From assembly GCA_964549495.1 (NCBI GenBank), contig CAZJWJ010000006.1, positions 22,274 through 86,273 of the forward strand: a stretch of DNA of 64,000 nucleotides. The letters run 5' to 3'. The stretch comes from an uncultured Anaerolineales bacterium (GTDB lineage Bacteria; Chloroflexota; Anaerolineae; Epilineales; Epilineaceae). The translations under genes and the position numbers were made by a program. Under the pieces are notes generated by a model, which was not told the DNA's origin, did not search any database, and saw only the letters and a list, made by a program, of their open reading frames with translations. This document shows, one piece after another, positions 1 through 8,889 of this stretch (the stretch's first letter is position 1; the number at the start of each line of letters is the position of its first letter).

Positions 1-1482
1 CCCACATCGGGGTCGTCGCCGGAGCCTGGCGTCAGCCCGACGGTGGAGCCAGGACCCAGCGAGACAGCGATCTCGACGTCGACCGCGAGCCCGGGCCCGA
101 GCGCGACCCGGACGCCGACATCGGAGCCGACCGGAACGCTCGTCCCGAGCACGCCCACAGGCATGGCGCGGCCCAGCGCCACGTCGACCCTCGAGCCGCC
201 ACAGCGCACGCCGACCGACGACGCCGACGCGCTGGGGAGGCGCATCCTGCTGCCCTTCCTGATCACCCGCCGAGCCGGAGGTTCGGACTTCGCTTCACCT
301 GCGGGTCGTGCGCCCATCACATCGTCGATGCAGCCGTGGACCGGGGACGCTTCGAGTTTGAAGGGCGCAGACGCCAGGATCGCATCCGGCGACCCGGCCA
401 CGACGACCGCGTCCGCGCCGGCCATCGCCGAGCGCCCGGAGATGCCCTTTGCGATGAGCCTGGTCGTGGACGCCGTCGGCGCGCCGCATGCACTTTGGGA
501 GGAGGCCGGCCGCATCCTGCACAGCCGCCGAACGGCCGGCGGCGGGTGGTCCGAGGCCCGGCGGGTGGCGACCGGTTCGGAACCGGTGGCCAGCCTGGCG
601 GCAGACGGCGGGCTGCATCTGCTGATCGCCAACACCTTCGATGGCAATGGCGAGATCTATCACCTGCGTTGGGATGCCGAGGCCGAAGGCTGGGGACTGC
701 CGGTCAACGTCAGCCAGACCGAGGCCTTCTCGGTGGCGCCGGCCCTGATCGACGGCTCGCCCGAGCGGCCGCTCCTGGCCGCCTGGACCGAGCTGCGCGC
801 AGCCGGCCCGCTGGTGCACCAGGCCTACTGGCAGGCGGGGCGCTGGCATCACGCGCCGGTCTTGCAGGCCCGCGGCCAAGGCGCTGCGCTGGCCCGTGCT
901 GGGCAGCGCGCCTTCCTGGCCTGGCACGAGCGCGCATCGCGACAGGAGCCCTTCGCGGTCTACGGCATGCCCCTCGAGCCCGAGGCCTTGCCCGAGGCGA
1001 TCTCGGAGGCCGAAGGCCAGGAGGCCACGGCCGCGGCACTTCACGCCACCGCTGACGGCCTGCTGCACGCCGCCTGGACCGAGTCGCGACCGGACGACCG
1101 CGCCCTGCAGTACAGCCGACGCATCGGCGAGCGCTGGGACCGCGTGCAGACCTTGGCCGAGCAGGGCGCCGAGGCTCCGCGCATGCTGCCGGGCGCCGAC
1201 CGCCCGCCGGTCCTGGTCTGGCCCGACGGAGCGCGCATCTGGCTGGCCCGCGGCCAAGGCGAGTTCCGATGGCACATCAGCGCCCCGGCGCCCAGCGAAC
1301 CGGCCGGCCGGCTAGGACCCGTCGCGGCGGCGCGCGATGCTGCGGGCGGCGTGCACCTCGTCTGGTCCGAGCCGGCGGGCGTTGGCGCGATGCTGCGCTA
1401 CGCGCAAGTGGTAGACGTCCCGCCGGCCCCGGAGTGTCAGGTGAGTTGCGCCTACCTGCCGCTACTGCTCGGCGGACGCTGA
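1..1482 (+). CDS. Secreted repeat protein, 5'-partial (N-terminus off-window); Pro/Thr linker then beta-propeller-like W-repeats
   Basis: Frame 1 has no stop from nt 1, so track start 43 is only the first in-frame start. It opens in a P/T/S-rich linker, followed by RRILLPFLITRR (241-273). About six degenerate repeats follow (YHLRWD, LLAAWTE, AFLAWHE, LHAAWTES, VLVWPDG, VHLVWSE). It ends CAYLPLLLGGR* (1447-1479). Confidence 0.6.
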   Translation, partial: PTSGSSPEPGVSPTVEPGPSETAISTSTASPGPSATRTPTSEPTGTLVPSTPTGMARPSATSTLEPPQRTPTDDADALGRRILLPFLITRRAGGSDFASPAGRAPITSSMQPWTGDASSLKGADARIASGDPATTTASAPAIAERPEMPFAMSLVVDAVGAPHALWEEAGRILHSRRTAGGGWSEARRVATGSEPVASLAADGGLHLLIANTFDGNGEIYHLRWDAEAEGWGLPVNVSQTEAFSVAPALIDGSPERPLLAAWTELRAAGPLVHQAYWQAGRWHHAPVLQARGQGAALARAGQRAFLAWHERASRQEPFAVYGMPLEPEALPEAISEAEGQEATAAALHATADGLLHAAWTESRPDDRALQYSRRIGERWDRVQTLAEQGAEAPRMLPGADRPPVLVWPDGARIWLARGQGEFRWHISAPAPSEPAGRLGPVAAARDAAGGVHLVWSEPAGVGAMLRYAQVVDVPPAPECQVSCAYLPLLLGGR

Positions 1483-1509
1483 ACCGTACGGGTCCCGATC
1501 GGGATCTCG

Positions 1510-2346
1510 CTACTCGGGGTTGCTAGCCGCTTCGACGGCCTCGAGATCGACGATCGGCGCCTTCGTCAATTCCCGTGGGCCGTCGCCTAGATCGAGCCAC
1601 AGCTGCACGATCGTCGCCATCGTCCACGGGGTCACGAGCCAGGCGATGAGCGTGGACGGCCAATGCATGACATCGGCCAGCGGCCAGGACTGCCGTTGCG
1701 CGATCACGTGCAGAAGAACCGTGGCAACCGTGAGCAGTTGAGCGAGCAACAAGGGGCTGAGCATCGCGCCGACGTTGCCCTTGGTCCGCCTCCAACTCCG
1801 GTCGAGTGCGTCGAAGACCGCGATGTCGTGATGGATCAACTCCAGAAAGGCGAACAGGAAGCGTAGGTAGAAGGCCACGATGATCAGCGCGATCCCGGTG
1901 AGCACTACCGCGGGGGCCACGGACGAGGATGTCACGAGCCCCACGGTTCCGAACCAGGGACTCACCAAGGAGGCGGCCACGAATCCGAGGAAGGTAGAAA
2001 GGAAGATCAGTCCGAGGAGGTTGAGGAGTCTTTGTCGTACGCATCGATAGGCTTCTCGAATGCGTCGGCGTACCCCGATCGCTTCGTAGGCCATCAGGTA
2101 CAGCAGCATCCAGCCGGCATACATCCCGGCCAAACGCAAGAGCAATCCCGCTCCTGCATTCGACCATGTGATGAGGTCTCTTTGACCGGGAAACGATGAC
2201 GCAAGCCTCGTGTGTGCCCAATCAACGACGACCGTCGAGTAGGCAGGGGAAGCCAAGAGCAGCCACGCGAGCGGCCGGCAGGCGTAGAGCGAGGCCGCGG
2301 ACCGCAAGGTGCCGATGGTCGAGATCGAGCGAGTCGTCGTGGGCAC
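1510..2346 (-). CDS. Polytopic membrane protein, unknown family
   Basis: 278-aa ORF with several hydrophobic helices (LLLRLAGMYAGWMLLYLMAY, LLGLIFLSTFLGFVAASLV, VVLTGIALIIVAFYLRFLFAFL, LLLAQLLTVATVLLHVI). No family motif recognised and the start is not verified. Confidence 0.55.
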   Translation of the reverse strand: MPTTTRSISTIGTLRSAASLYACRPLAWLLLASPAYSTVVVDWAHTRLASSFPGQRDLITWSNAGAGLLLRLAGMYAGWMLLYLMAYEAIGVRRRIREAYRCVRQRLLNLLGLIFLSTFLGFVAASLVSPWFGTVGLVTSSSVAPAVVLTGIALIIVAFYLRFLFAFLELIHHDIAVFDALDRSWRRTKGNVGAMLSPLLLAQLLTVATVLLHVIAQRQSWPLADVMHWPSTLIAWLVTPWTMATIVQLWLDLGDGPRELTKAPIVDLEAVEAASNPE

Positions 2347-2515
2347 GGGCGGCTCCCTATGATGAATGATCCACCGATGAACGGTCGGGAACGCGATTTC
2401 GGGAACGGGCCTCTATGATTGAGAGGCGGCTTGCGCGCCGGCGCGCGATCTTGCGCAAGGCCAGGCCTCGCGAGCAAACTGGACCCGCGATGCGAACCTG
2501 AACGGAGTGTAACCA

Positions 2516-3391
2516 ATGTCTTCGAATGCCACCACCATCACCCCCGTCATCGATGTCGATCAGTCCAACTTCCAGACCGAGGTCATCCAGCGATCGCAGC
2601 AGGTGCCGGTGGTCGTCGACTTCTGGGCGCCCTGGTGCGGGCCCTGCCGGATGCTCGGTCCGGTCTTGGAGAAGCTGGCCCGGGATGCCGGCGGCGCCTG
2701 GATCCTGGCCAAGCTGAACACCGACGAGAACCAGCCCCTGGCGATGCAGTACCAGATCAGCGGCATCCCGGCCGTCAAGGCCTTTCACAAGGGTAGCGTG
2801 ATCGACGAGTTCGTCGGCGCGCTGCCCGAACGGCAGGTGCGCAAGTGGCTGGCCGGCTTCCTGCCTGGCAAGGCGGACGAGATCGTGGCCGAGGCCGAGC
2901 GTATGGAGGGCGAAGGGCAGCTCTCCATGGCCATGCAGGCCTACCGCAAGGCCCTGGCCGAGGACGAGGCGCATGCCAGCGCGCGCCTGGGCATGGGCCG
3001 CACGCTCTTGGCCATGGAGCGCTTCGAGGACGCTATCGCCGAGCTGGAGCGCGTGCCCCACGGCGGCGAGCCCCGCAGGGAGGCCGAGTCCCTCATGGCT
3101 CGCGCTCGCTTCCGCTTGGACGGCGGCCCGGACGAGGCCGAGACCGAGGCGCGCCGGCAGGTAGCCCAGGACCCGGACGACATGCCAGCCCGCATCGCCC
3201 TGGCTCGGGCGCTGGCCGGCCGCGACCAGTACCGCGATGCGCTCGAGGGTCTCTTGACCGTGGTCCAGCGTGATCGCGGCGAGCACCGCGATGCGGCTCG
3301 GCAGGCGATGCTCGAGGTCTTCACCGCCTTGGGCGAGGAGCACCCGCTCGGTCAGGAGTATCGCAGTAGGCTGGCGGCCGCGCTCTGGTAA
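2516..3391 (+). CDS. Thioredoxin-domain protein with C-terminal TPR-like domain (YbbN/CnoX-like co-chaperone)
   Basis: WCGPC active site in FWAPWCGPCRMLGPVLEKLA, followed by a helical repeat region (AYRKALAEDEAHASARLGMGRTLLAMERFEDA...). ATG preceded by ACGGAG. Confidence 0.85.
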   Translation: MSSNATTITPVIDVDQSNFQTEVIQRSQQVPVVVDFWAPWCGPCRMLGPVLEKLARDAGGAWILAKLNTDENQPLAMQYQISGIPAVKAFHKGSVIDEFVGALPERQVRKWLAGFLPGKADEIVAEAERMEGEGQLSMAMQAYRKALAEDEAHASARLGMGRTLLAMERFEDAIAELERVPHGGEPRREAESLMARARFRLDGGPDEAETEARRQVAQDPDDMPARIALARALAGRDQYRDALEGLLTVVQRDRGEHRDAARQAMLEVFTALGEEHPLGQEYRSRLAAALW

Positions 3392-3468
3392 GCTCAGGCG
3401 CGAGAACGTGAAGGCAGCAAACCGGTGCGATCCGAGATCGCCGACGGCTGGACGCCGAGGAGCATGGG

Positions 3469-3840
3469 ATGACGAATCCGACCCCGACCGCACCCGACCT
3501 GGGTTACTTCGAGCTCTGCCTCGACGTGGCCGATCTCGATGCCTCGCTGGCCTTCTACGGCGTGCTGGGCTTCGAGCGCATCGGCGGCGAGCTGGAGGAA
3601 GGCTGGGCCGTCCTCGAGCGCGACGGCACCCGCCTGGCACTCTACCGCGGACACATCGGCGAGCTGACGCTCAACTTCCGTGACGGCGATGTTCGCGCCA
3701 TCGCCGAGGCCTTGCGCGAGGCCGGCCTCGCGCTGGAGCAGGACGCCCACGTCGAGTCGGACGGCACGCTGGGCGCCACCTTGCGCGACCCGGACGGGCA
3801 TCTGGTCTACTTCAACACGGACGGGCCGGTGGAGCGCTGA
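3469..3840 (+). CDS. VOC/glyoxalase-family protein
   Basis: GYFELCLDVADLDASLAFYGVLGFERIGG ... LRDPDGHLVYFN is typical of the glyoxalase/bleomycin-resistance fold. GAGGAG SD lies upstream. Confidence 0.8.
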   Translation: MTNPTPTAPDLGYFELCLDVADLDASLAFYGVLGFERIGGELEEGWAVLERDGTRLALYRGHIGELTLNFRDGDVRAIAEALREAGLALEQDAHVESDGTLGATLRDPDGHLVYFNTDGPVER

Positions 3841-3906
3841 TCGAGTGATCGTCGGTGCAGAAGCCGTCTGGCACGAAAGCCAGCGACCGCGACGGAGAAT
3901 TCAACT

Positions 3907-6030
3907 TCACCGCGTGAGGTAGGGCAGCGAGAGCGAGTACCATGAATCCGGCATCGGGCTGGCGGGTTCGAGACCGATGCGGAGCTCATGGAATGTGTTG
4001 CCGCTGAAGATGACGCCAAGTCGTTGACCACCCTCTGATGGAATCAACCTGCCGTAGCCGATGCCTGGCATGATCTCGGAACGCGATGTGGGTCGGGTCG
4101 GATTCGAAAAGTCTATTGCCCAAATGCGAGCTTCGTTTCGACTCCAGTTGTTCGGTCCGACCGGAATCCTGAAGTAGCCGGAAACGAATGCACGAGCACC
4201 ATCAAGCGCAACCGACGCCAGGAATGGTGCGTTGCCCAGATCATCCCGAATCATGTGTTTCCCGATGATCCTCGGCCCACGGACGTCGAAGAGAAGTACA
4301 GCGTCTTCACTTGGCGAGAGTACGGCCAACAGGTTCTTCTGCAAGTCAATATCGCTGATGACCGGAATCGTTGAGATGGTGCTGCGGAGCATCGGTTGCC
4401 CATCGTCCAAGATATCGACGATGTGCACGATTCTGCGGTCCGCGGTACCCGTAGGACTCCCACTTACGAGGATCGCCAGCATTCGTCCGACTGCCTGGAT
4501 TCGAAGACCCATGCCTACCGGGCCGGGGTGTTCCAGATTCAATCTCCCCAACTCGCCCAACGAGCCAAATGGCGAGTGCTCCCAGACGCGAAGGTTGAAG
4601 GTATCAGCGTAGTCTGACTCAACGGTGACGAAGCCTCGGTCCCAAGTAGCAACTGCCTGGACTTCTTTCGAGTCCGGCAAGAGAACTATCCGTGTCGGGC
4701 CCGGAACCGGTCCGGCAATATCGACGATCGCCACCTGACTCCATGGCGCAGAATCATTCTGGAACTCATTGCCTGTGGTAATAGCTGCGTATGCCCAATC
4801 TTCAGAGCATGCGACCGTGTCCCATATTTGTTCTCCCATGTACTCGAGATCTGACGATGTTGATGCCGGTGGTTCGGCAACCGAATCGATGAGCCATGCG
4901 CGCTGTTCCCAATTGAATGCGAGCCAACGATTCCCGATCGGGCATACTCCACTCGGCGCGAGAAGCAGCTGGGTCGTTCTCAAATGCACCGGATTCGGCA
5001 GATCACCAATATCAATGGATTCGATGCCATACGTACGAGCAGTGAGAAGCAGATCGCCGATATAGGCTGATGCTCTGGGCAACGTGAGTCCAGGAAGCTC
5101 GATTTTTGCGATGGGTTGTGGACTCGCAGGTTCGGACACGTCGATCAATTCGAGTGAATATGCCGTTCGAAGTAGACCCGAGCCGTGCGCCACGGTGACG
5201 ATCGCAGCATTGGGACTGACTCCAAGAAGGTGAACCCTGTCCGAGCGCTCGAGAACACCCGTGCCTGCTACTCGGATCGTTGTCGCATCGGATGCGTCCA
5301 TCATGATCAAGCATGGATCGAAACCACAGGTCTCATGCCGTCCGATTAGAAAGATCCAGCTGTCGCGTGCTGCCACTGCCGTGGCTCCATACGAGTCCAG
5401 CTGAGCCGTGTCAAAGACGTTCGAGGGATCGCTGACATCGAGCGCGTGGAGAGAGGACTCCGTGAGATAGAGCAGCCGCTCCTGGGGGAGTATAACGGCA
5501 TCGAGAGCCCGCCCTGCCAGCGCCGTCGTTCCGATGACCGCGGGCGGCTCGAGCGGATCGACCGATACGATGCTGAGTCGATCGCTATCGATCACGTATG
5601 CGTTCAACGCAGCGCTTCCCATGATCGAGCCGAGTACTTCCACGCTATCGATCGTTCTAGGCTGGAGGGGATCAGCAATGGAAACGCGCCAGAGCTGGAA
5701 ATTGTTGCTCACGAGCAGCTGTCCAGCGGAAGTCTCGATGGAGGAGAGAAAGGCACCGTACTCACCGATGGGATCGGACATGCCCACAAGCATCGCTGCC
5801 TTCTCATCTGAGACGTCGAATACGAGGATGCGGTGGCCGGAGACTCCGTACACCAGGGAATCGACGGCAACCATGTCGAATAGCCCGCCGCCATACTCGT
5901 TGCTCTCGAGCACGATGGGCGGGTCGGATTGGTCGATCGAGCCGGGGGCATTGGCTGGTGCAACGGGCAACGCTGTCGCTGCCGAGGCGATGCTCAACGC
6001 GATCCCGATGAAGGCGAGGGCGGCATGCAT
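3907..6030 (-). CDS. Secreted LVIVD-repeat beta-propeller protein
   Basis: Signal peptide MHAALAFIGIALSIASAATA. Repeated h-x-h-D-h-S-D-P units (LHALDVSDPSNV, LELIDVSEPASPQPI, IESIDIGDLPNPV, VAIVDIAGPVP, IWAIDFSNPTRP). The track start at 6042 is TTG; ATG at 6030 has a TGGAG SD. Ends LSLPYLTR*. G+C is clearly lower than in neighbouring genes. Confidence 0.75.
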   Translation of the reverse strand: MHAALAFIGIALSIASAATALPVAPANAPGSIDQSDPPIVLESNEYGGGLFDMVAVDSLVYGVSGHRILVFDVSDEKAAMLVGMSDPIGEYGAFLSSIETSAGQLLVSNNFQLWRVSIADPLQPRTIDSVEVLGSIMGSAALNAYVIDSDRLSIVSVDPLEPPAVIGTTALAGRALDAVILPQERLLYLTESSLHALDVSDPSNVFDTAQLDSYGATAVAARDSWIFLIGRHETCGFDPCLIMMDASDATTIRVAGTGVLERSDRVHLLGVSPNAAIVTVAHGSGLLRTAYSLELIDVSEPASPQPIAKIELPGLTLPRASAYIGDLLLTARTYGIESIDIGDLPNPVHLRTTQLLLAPSGVCPIGNRWLAFNWEQRAWLIDSVAEPPASTSSDLEYMGEQIWDTVACSEDWAYAAITTGNEFQNDSAPWSQVAIVDIAGPVPGPTRIVLLPDSKEVQAVATWDRGFVTVESDYADTFNLRVWEHSPFGSLGELGRLNLEHPGPVGMGLRIQAVGRMLAILVSGSPTGTADRRIVHIVDILDDGQPMLRSTISTIPVISDIDLQKNLLAVLSPSEDAVLLFDVRGPRIIGKHMIRDDLGNAPFLASVALDGARAFVSGYFRIPVGPNNWSRNEARIWAIDFSNPTRPTSRSEIMPGIGYGRLIPSEGGQRLGVIFSGNTFHELRIGLEPASPMPDSWYSLSLPYLTR

Positions 6031-6188
6031 GTGGCGCTCCAATCTGCAGAGTCATGGTCGAGGCGTGACGTGGTCAGCAGGTCGTCACGTGGAGCGCGAT
6101 ACTTGCAGCCGGTATCGGATTCGGAGGGTCTTGTGTCGCGGAACGGGTGGCGCGAGCCGGGACACGGGCATGCATGCCCAGCCGCCGA

Positions 6189-7040
6189 TCAGCCCAAGGC
6201 GATCCACCAGCTGCCGACTACCAATCCGGCCGTCGCCGCCAGCAGCAGCCACTGGACCGACTTGCTGGGCGGGGTCGGGAAGAGCCAGGCGGCCAGGGCG
6301 CCCAGGGGGAGACCGACGACGAAGCCCAGGACGTGGGCGAAGACGTCGGTTTCGGGGCCCATGCCGGTCAGGACCAGGAGGCCGGCGGCGGCGGTGACCG
6401 GCAGCCAGGCGCGGCCGCCGCGGTGGCCGCGGGCCAGGCGGCGGACCAACTGCCGGCCGCCGAGCAGGCCGATGGCGCCGAAGACGGCCGTCGAGGCGCC
6501 GACCGCGCTGTGGCCGGCAAACTGGATCCAGGCATTGAGCAGGTTGCCGCCGATGCCCGAGAGCAGCACCAGGCCCATGCCGAGGCCCGGCCCGAAGGCG
6601 CGGGCGACCTCGCCGAAGAAGAGCGCGCCGAAGAGGCTGTTGGCCAGGATGTGGCCGAAGTCGGCGTGCAGGGTCAGGGCGGTGATCGTGCGCCACCATT
6701 CACCGCTCAGGATTCTGGCGCTGACCGCCGCGCCGCGGGGAAAGTAGAACGCGCCGCCGCTGCGGGGGCCGGTGACCAGGAAGAAGAGGGCCAAGAGGAC
6801 CGAGGTGATGATGCCGGCCGGCGTCCAGCCCCAATCTTCCTTGGTCTCTTCCTCTGCTTCCGGCTCGGGCGGGTTCTCGCGATGCCAGGCGCGCAGGACC
6901 TGCTCGGCGCGCTCGGCATATTGGGGCTCGACGATCAGACGCCAGCCGCCGGACTCCGGATCCTGCACGCTGCGGTAGGGAATGCCCTCCGAATCGAGGA
7001 CCAGGGCCCAGTCGCGGATTTGCTTCAGGCTGTTGCTCAT
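6189..7040 (-). CDS. Rhomboid-family intramembrane serine protease
   Basis: Rhomboid signatures RTITALTLHADFGHILANSLFG (H..H...N) and GHSAVGASTAVFGAIG (GxSxxxxG catalytic Ser). Six TM segments follow a soluble N-terminal domain. Confidence 0.85.
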   Translation of the reverse strand: MSNSLKQIRDWALVLDSEGIPYRSVQDPESGGWRLIVEPQYAERAEQVLRAWHRENPPEPEAEEETKEDWGWTPAGIITSVLLALFFLVTGPRSGGAFYFPRGAAVSARILSGEWWRTITALTLHADFGHILANSLFGALFFGEVARAFGPGLGMGLVLLSGIGGNLLNAWIQFAGHSAVGASTAVFGAIGLLGGRQLVRRLARGHRGGRAWLPVTAAAGLLVLTGMGPETDVFAHVLGFVVGLPLGALAAWLFPTPPSKSVQWLLLAATAGLVVGSWWIALG

Positions 7041-7179
7041 GACAGAGAGTCTAGCGCAGGCTCCGTCCGGGCCGTGCTAGAGCGGCGTTGGATCGCTATG
7101 ATAGGCAGCCCGAGCCCGCCCGCTCCCGCGCGCCGCGCGCCGAACCCCCGCACGGCCGGAGCCCCCGTGGAGCCCACCG

Positions 7180-8658
7180 ATGACCCACGACCACGAAGCC
7201 TCCCTGGCCAGCCTGGCCCCGCTCGACCTGCCCGCGCCCGGTCCCGAGCACGGCATCTACTGCAACCGCGCGCTGAACCTGCGCAGCTCCGTGCGCGCCA
7301 TCGGCTACGACATGGACTACACCCTGGTCCACTACCAGGTCGAGCGCTGGGAGCAGCGGGCCTTCGACCATCTGCGCCAGAAGCTGGCCGAGCTGGGCTG
7401 GCCGGTAGCGGCGCTGCGCTTCGACGCGCGGGCCGTCATCCGCGGGCTCTTGGTCGACCGCGAGCTGGGCAACTTCGTCAAGGCCAACCAGTTCGGCTAC
7501 ATCAAGGCCGCCTCGCACGGCACAGAGATGCTGGGCTACGAGGCCCTGCGCCAGGCCTACCGCGACACCCTGGTCGAGCCTGGCGATCCGCGCTGGGCCT
7601 CCTTGGACACGCTCTTCGCGCTCTCCGAGGCGGCCATGTACGGGCAGCTGGTCGATCTGCTGGAGGCCGGCGCGCTGCCGCATGGCCTGAGCTTCGCCGA
7701 GCTGCACGCCCGGGTGCGGCAGGCCATCGACCTGGCGCACATGGAGGGCCAGCTGAAGGCCGAGATCATGGCCGACCCGGATCATTTCGTCGTCCTGGAC
7801 CCGGCCGTGCCCTTGGCGCTGCTCGACCAGCGCCAGGCCGGCAAGAAACTGATCTTGGTCACCAACTCCGAATGGACCTACAGCCAGGCCATGATGCGCT
7901 ACGCCTTCGACCGCTTCCTGCCCGGCCGGATGAGCTGGCGCGATCTCTTCGACATCGTCATCGTCGGGGCGCGCAAGCCGGCCTTCTTCCGCGAACGCAT
8001 GCCCCTCTTCGAGGTGGTCGACGAGGCCGGCATGCTGCGCCCAGCGCGGGCCGAGCCCGGCCAGGGCGGGGTCTTCCTGGGCGGCCACGCCGCCTTGGTC
8101 GAGACCATGCTCGAGCTCTCGGGCGCCGAGATCCTCTACGTCGGCGACCACATGTACGGTGACGTGCGCGCTTCCAAGGGCATCCAGCGCTGGCGGACGG
8201 CCCTGATCCTGCGCGAGTTGGAGGAGGAGCTGGCCGCCACGGCCGACTTCGAGGACGACCAACGCGAGCTGGAGGCGCTGATGGCGCGCAAGACCAGCCG
8301 GGAGCTGGAGCTCTCGCGCCTGCGCCTCGAGCTGGAGCGGCGCCAGGCCCGTCCCGCCTACGGGCCGGCCGGCGAGGGCTCGCCGGAGTCGCTGCGTCAG
8401 CGCATGACCGAACTGCGCGACGAATTGGTCGGCCTGGACGAGCGCATCGCGCCGCTGGCCTCGGCGGCCGGACACCTACACAACGAACGCTGGGGCTTGC
8501 TCCTGCGAGCCGGCAACGACAAGAGCCTCCTGGCCCATCAGATCGAACAGCATGCCGACATCTACACCTCGCGGGTGTCCAACTTCTTGCTCGAGACCCC
8601 CTTTACCTACTTCCGCCCGCCCAGCGGGCGCCTGCCGCACGACGAGCGCCACGCCTGA
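7180..8658 (+). CDS. HAD-superfamily (subfamily IG) 5'-nucleotidase-like protein
   Basis: IYCNRALNLRSSVRAIGYDMDYTLVHY (DxDxT/HAD motif I in the cytosolic purine 5'-nucleotidase context), LILVTNSEW, YVGDHMYGDV. Confidence 0.85.
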   Translation: MTHDHEASLASLAPLDLPAPGPEHGIYCNRALNLRSSVRAIGYDMDYTLVHYQVERWEQRAFDHLRQKLAELGWPVAALRFDARAVIRGLLVDRELGNFVKANQFGYIKAASHGTEMLGYEALRQAYRDTLVEPGDPRWASLDTLFALSEAAMYGQLVDLLEAGALPHGLSFAELHARVRQAIDLAHMEGQLKAEIMADPDHFVVLDPAVPLALLDQRQAGKKLILVTNSEWTYSQAMMRYAFDRFLPGRMSWRDLFDIVIVGARKPAFFRERMPLFEVVDEAGMLRPARAEPGQGGVFLGGHAALVETMLELSGAEILYVGDHMYGDVRASKGIQRWRTALILRELEEELAATADFEDDQRELEALMARKTSRELELSRLRLELERRQARPAYGPAGEGSPESLRQRMTELRDELVGLDERIAPLASAAGHLHNERWGLLLRAGNDKSLLAHQIEQHADIYTSRVSNFLLETPFTYFRPPSGRLPHDERHA

Positions 8659-8889
8659 TGCAGCATCGCCTTCAGGGTGACGCCGCGCGCGCGGATCGGG
8701 TCGGATTCGCCCGCAGGCCGTAACGACCCGCGCGCATTTCGCGTTAGAACACTCTGCCCTGCGCCGTCTCTCCGGCGCGATGCCCGAAGCGCGTACCCGT
8801 TCATCATCCATATCTACCCCCACCTCGATACCCGGTCGGGTCTGGCTCGTGCCGGGTGGAGAACGCGCAGAAAGAGGAGAGACCACGCC

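Noticed and set aside
2431-2459. GC-rich palindromes TTGCGCGCCGGCGCGCGA and CTTGCGCAAG in the divergent region upstream of the thioredoxin gene, which share the TTGCGC/GCGCAA half-sites of the nos-promoter box
   Set aside because: The half-site spacing differs (6 and 0 rather than 2 between hexamers). Such GC palindromes arise easily in this composition, and there is no functional link to N-oxide genes.
6189-7040. Rhomboid protease as a dedicated sortase (rhombosortase-like) for the YLPL-tagged proteins
   Set aside because: The tag is not followed by a TM helix, which rhomboid-type cleavage requires. Only one tagged gene is adjacent. The protein looks like a generic rhomboid. I mention it only as something to test.
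6147-8162. 671-aa plus-strand ORF, along with many similar long ORFs (for example 7096-8475, 9016-10353, 10555-12051, 11832-13313, 14706-16238, 16217-18076, 18287-19588, 23779-26781, 34181-36517, 35323-37005, 37747-39456, 39116-40456, 42446-44431, 45062-46093, 50276-52099, 54089-56383, 57140-59182, 60910-63249)
   Set aside because: Their translations are Arg/Ala/Gly/Pro-rich low-complexity strings with no motifs. They lie antisense or out of frame to genes with clear family signatures. These are typical shadow ORFs of high-G+C DNA.
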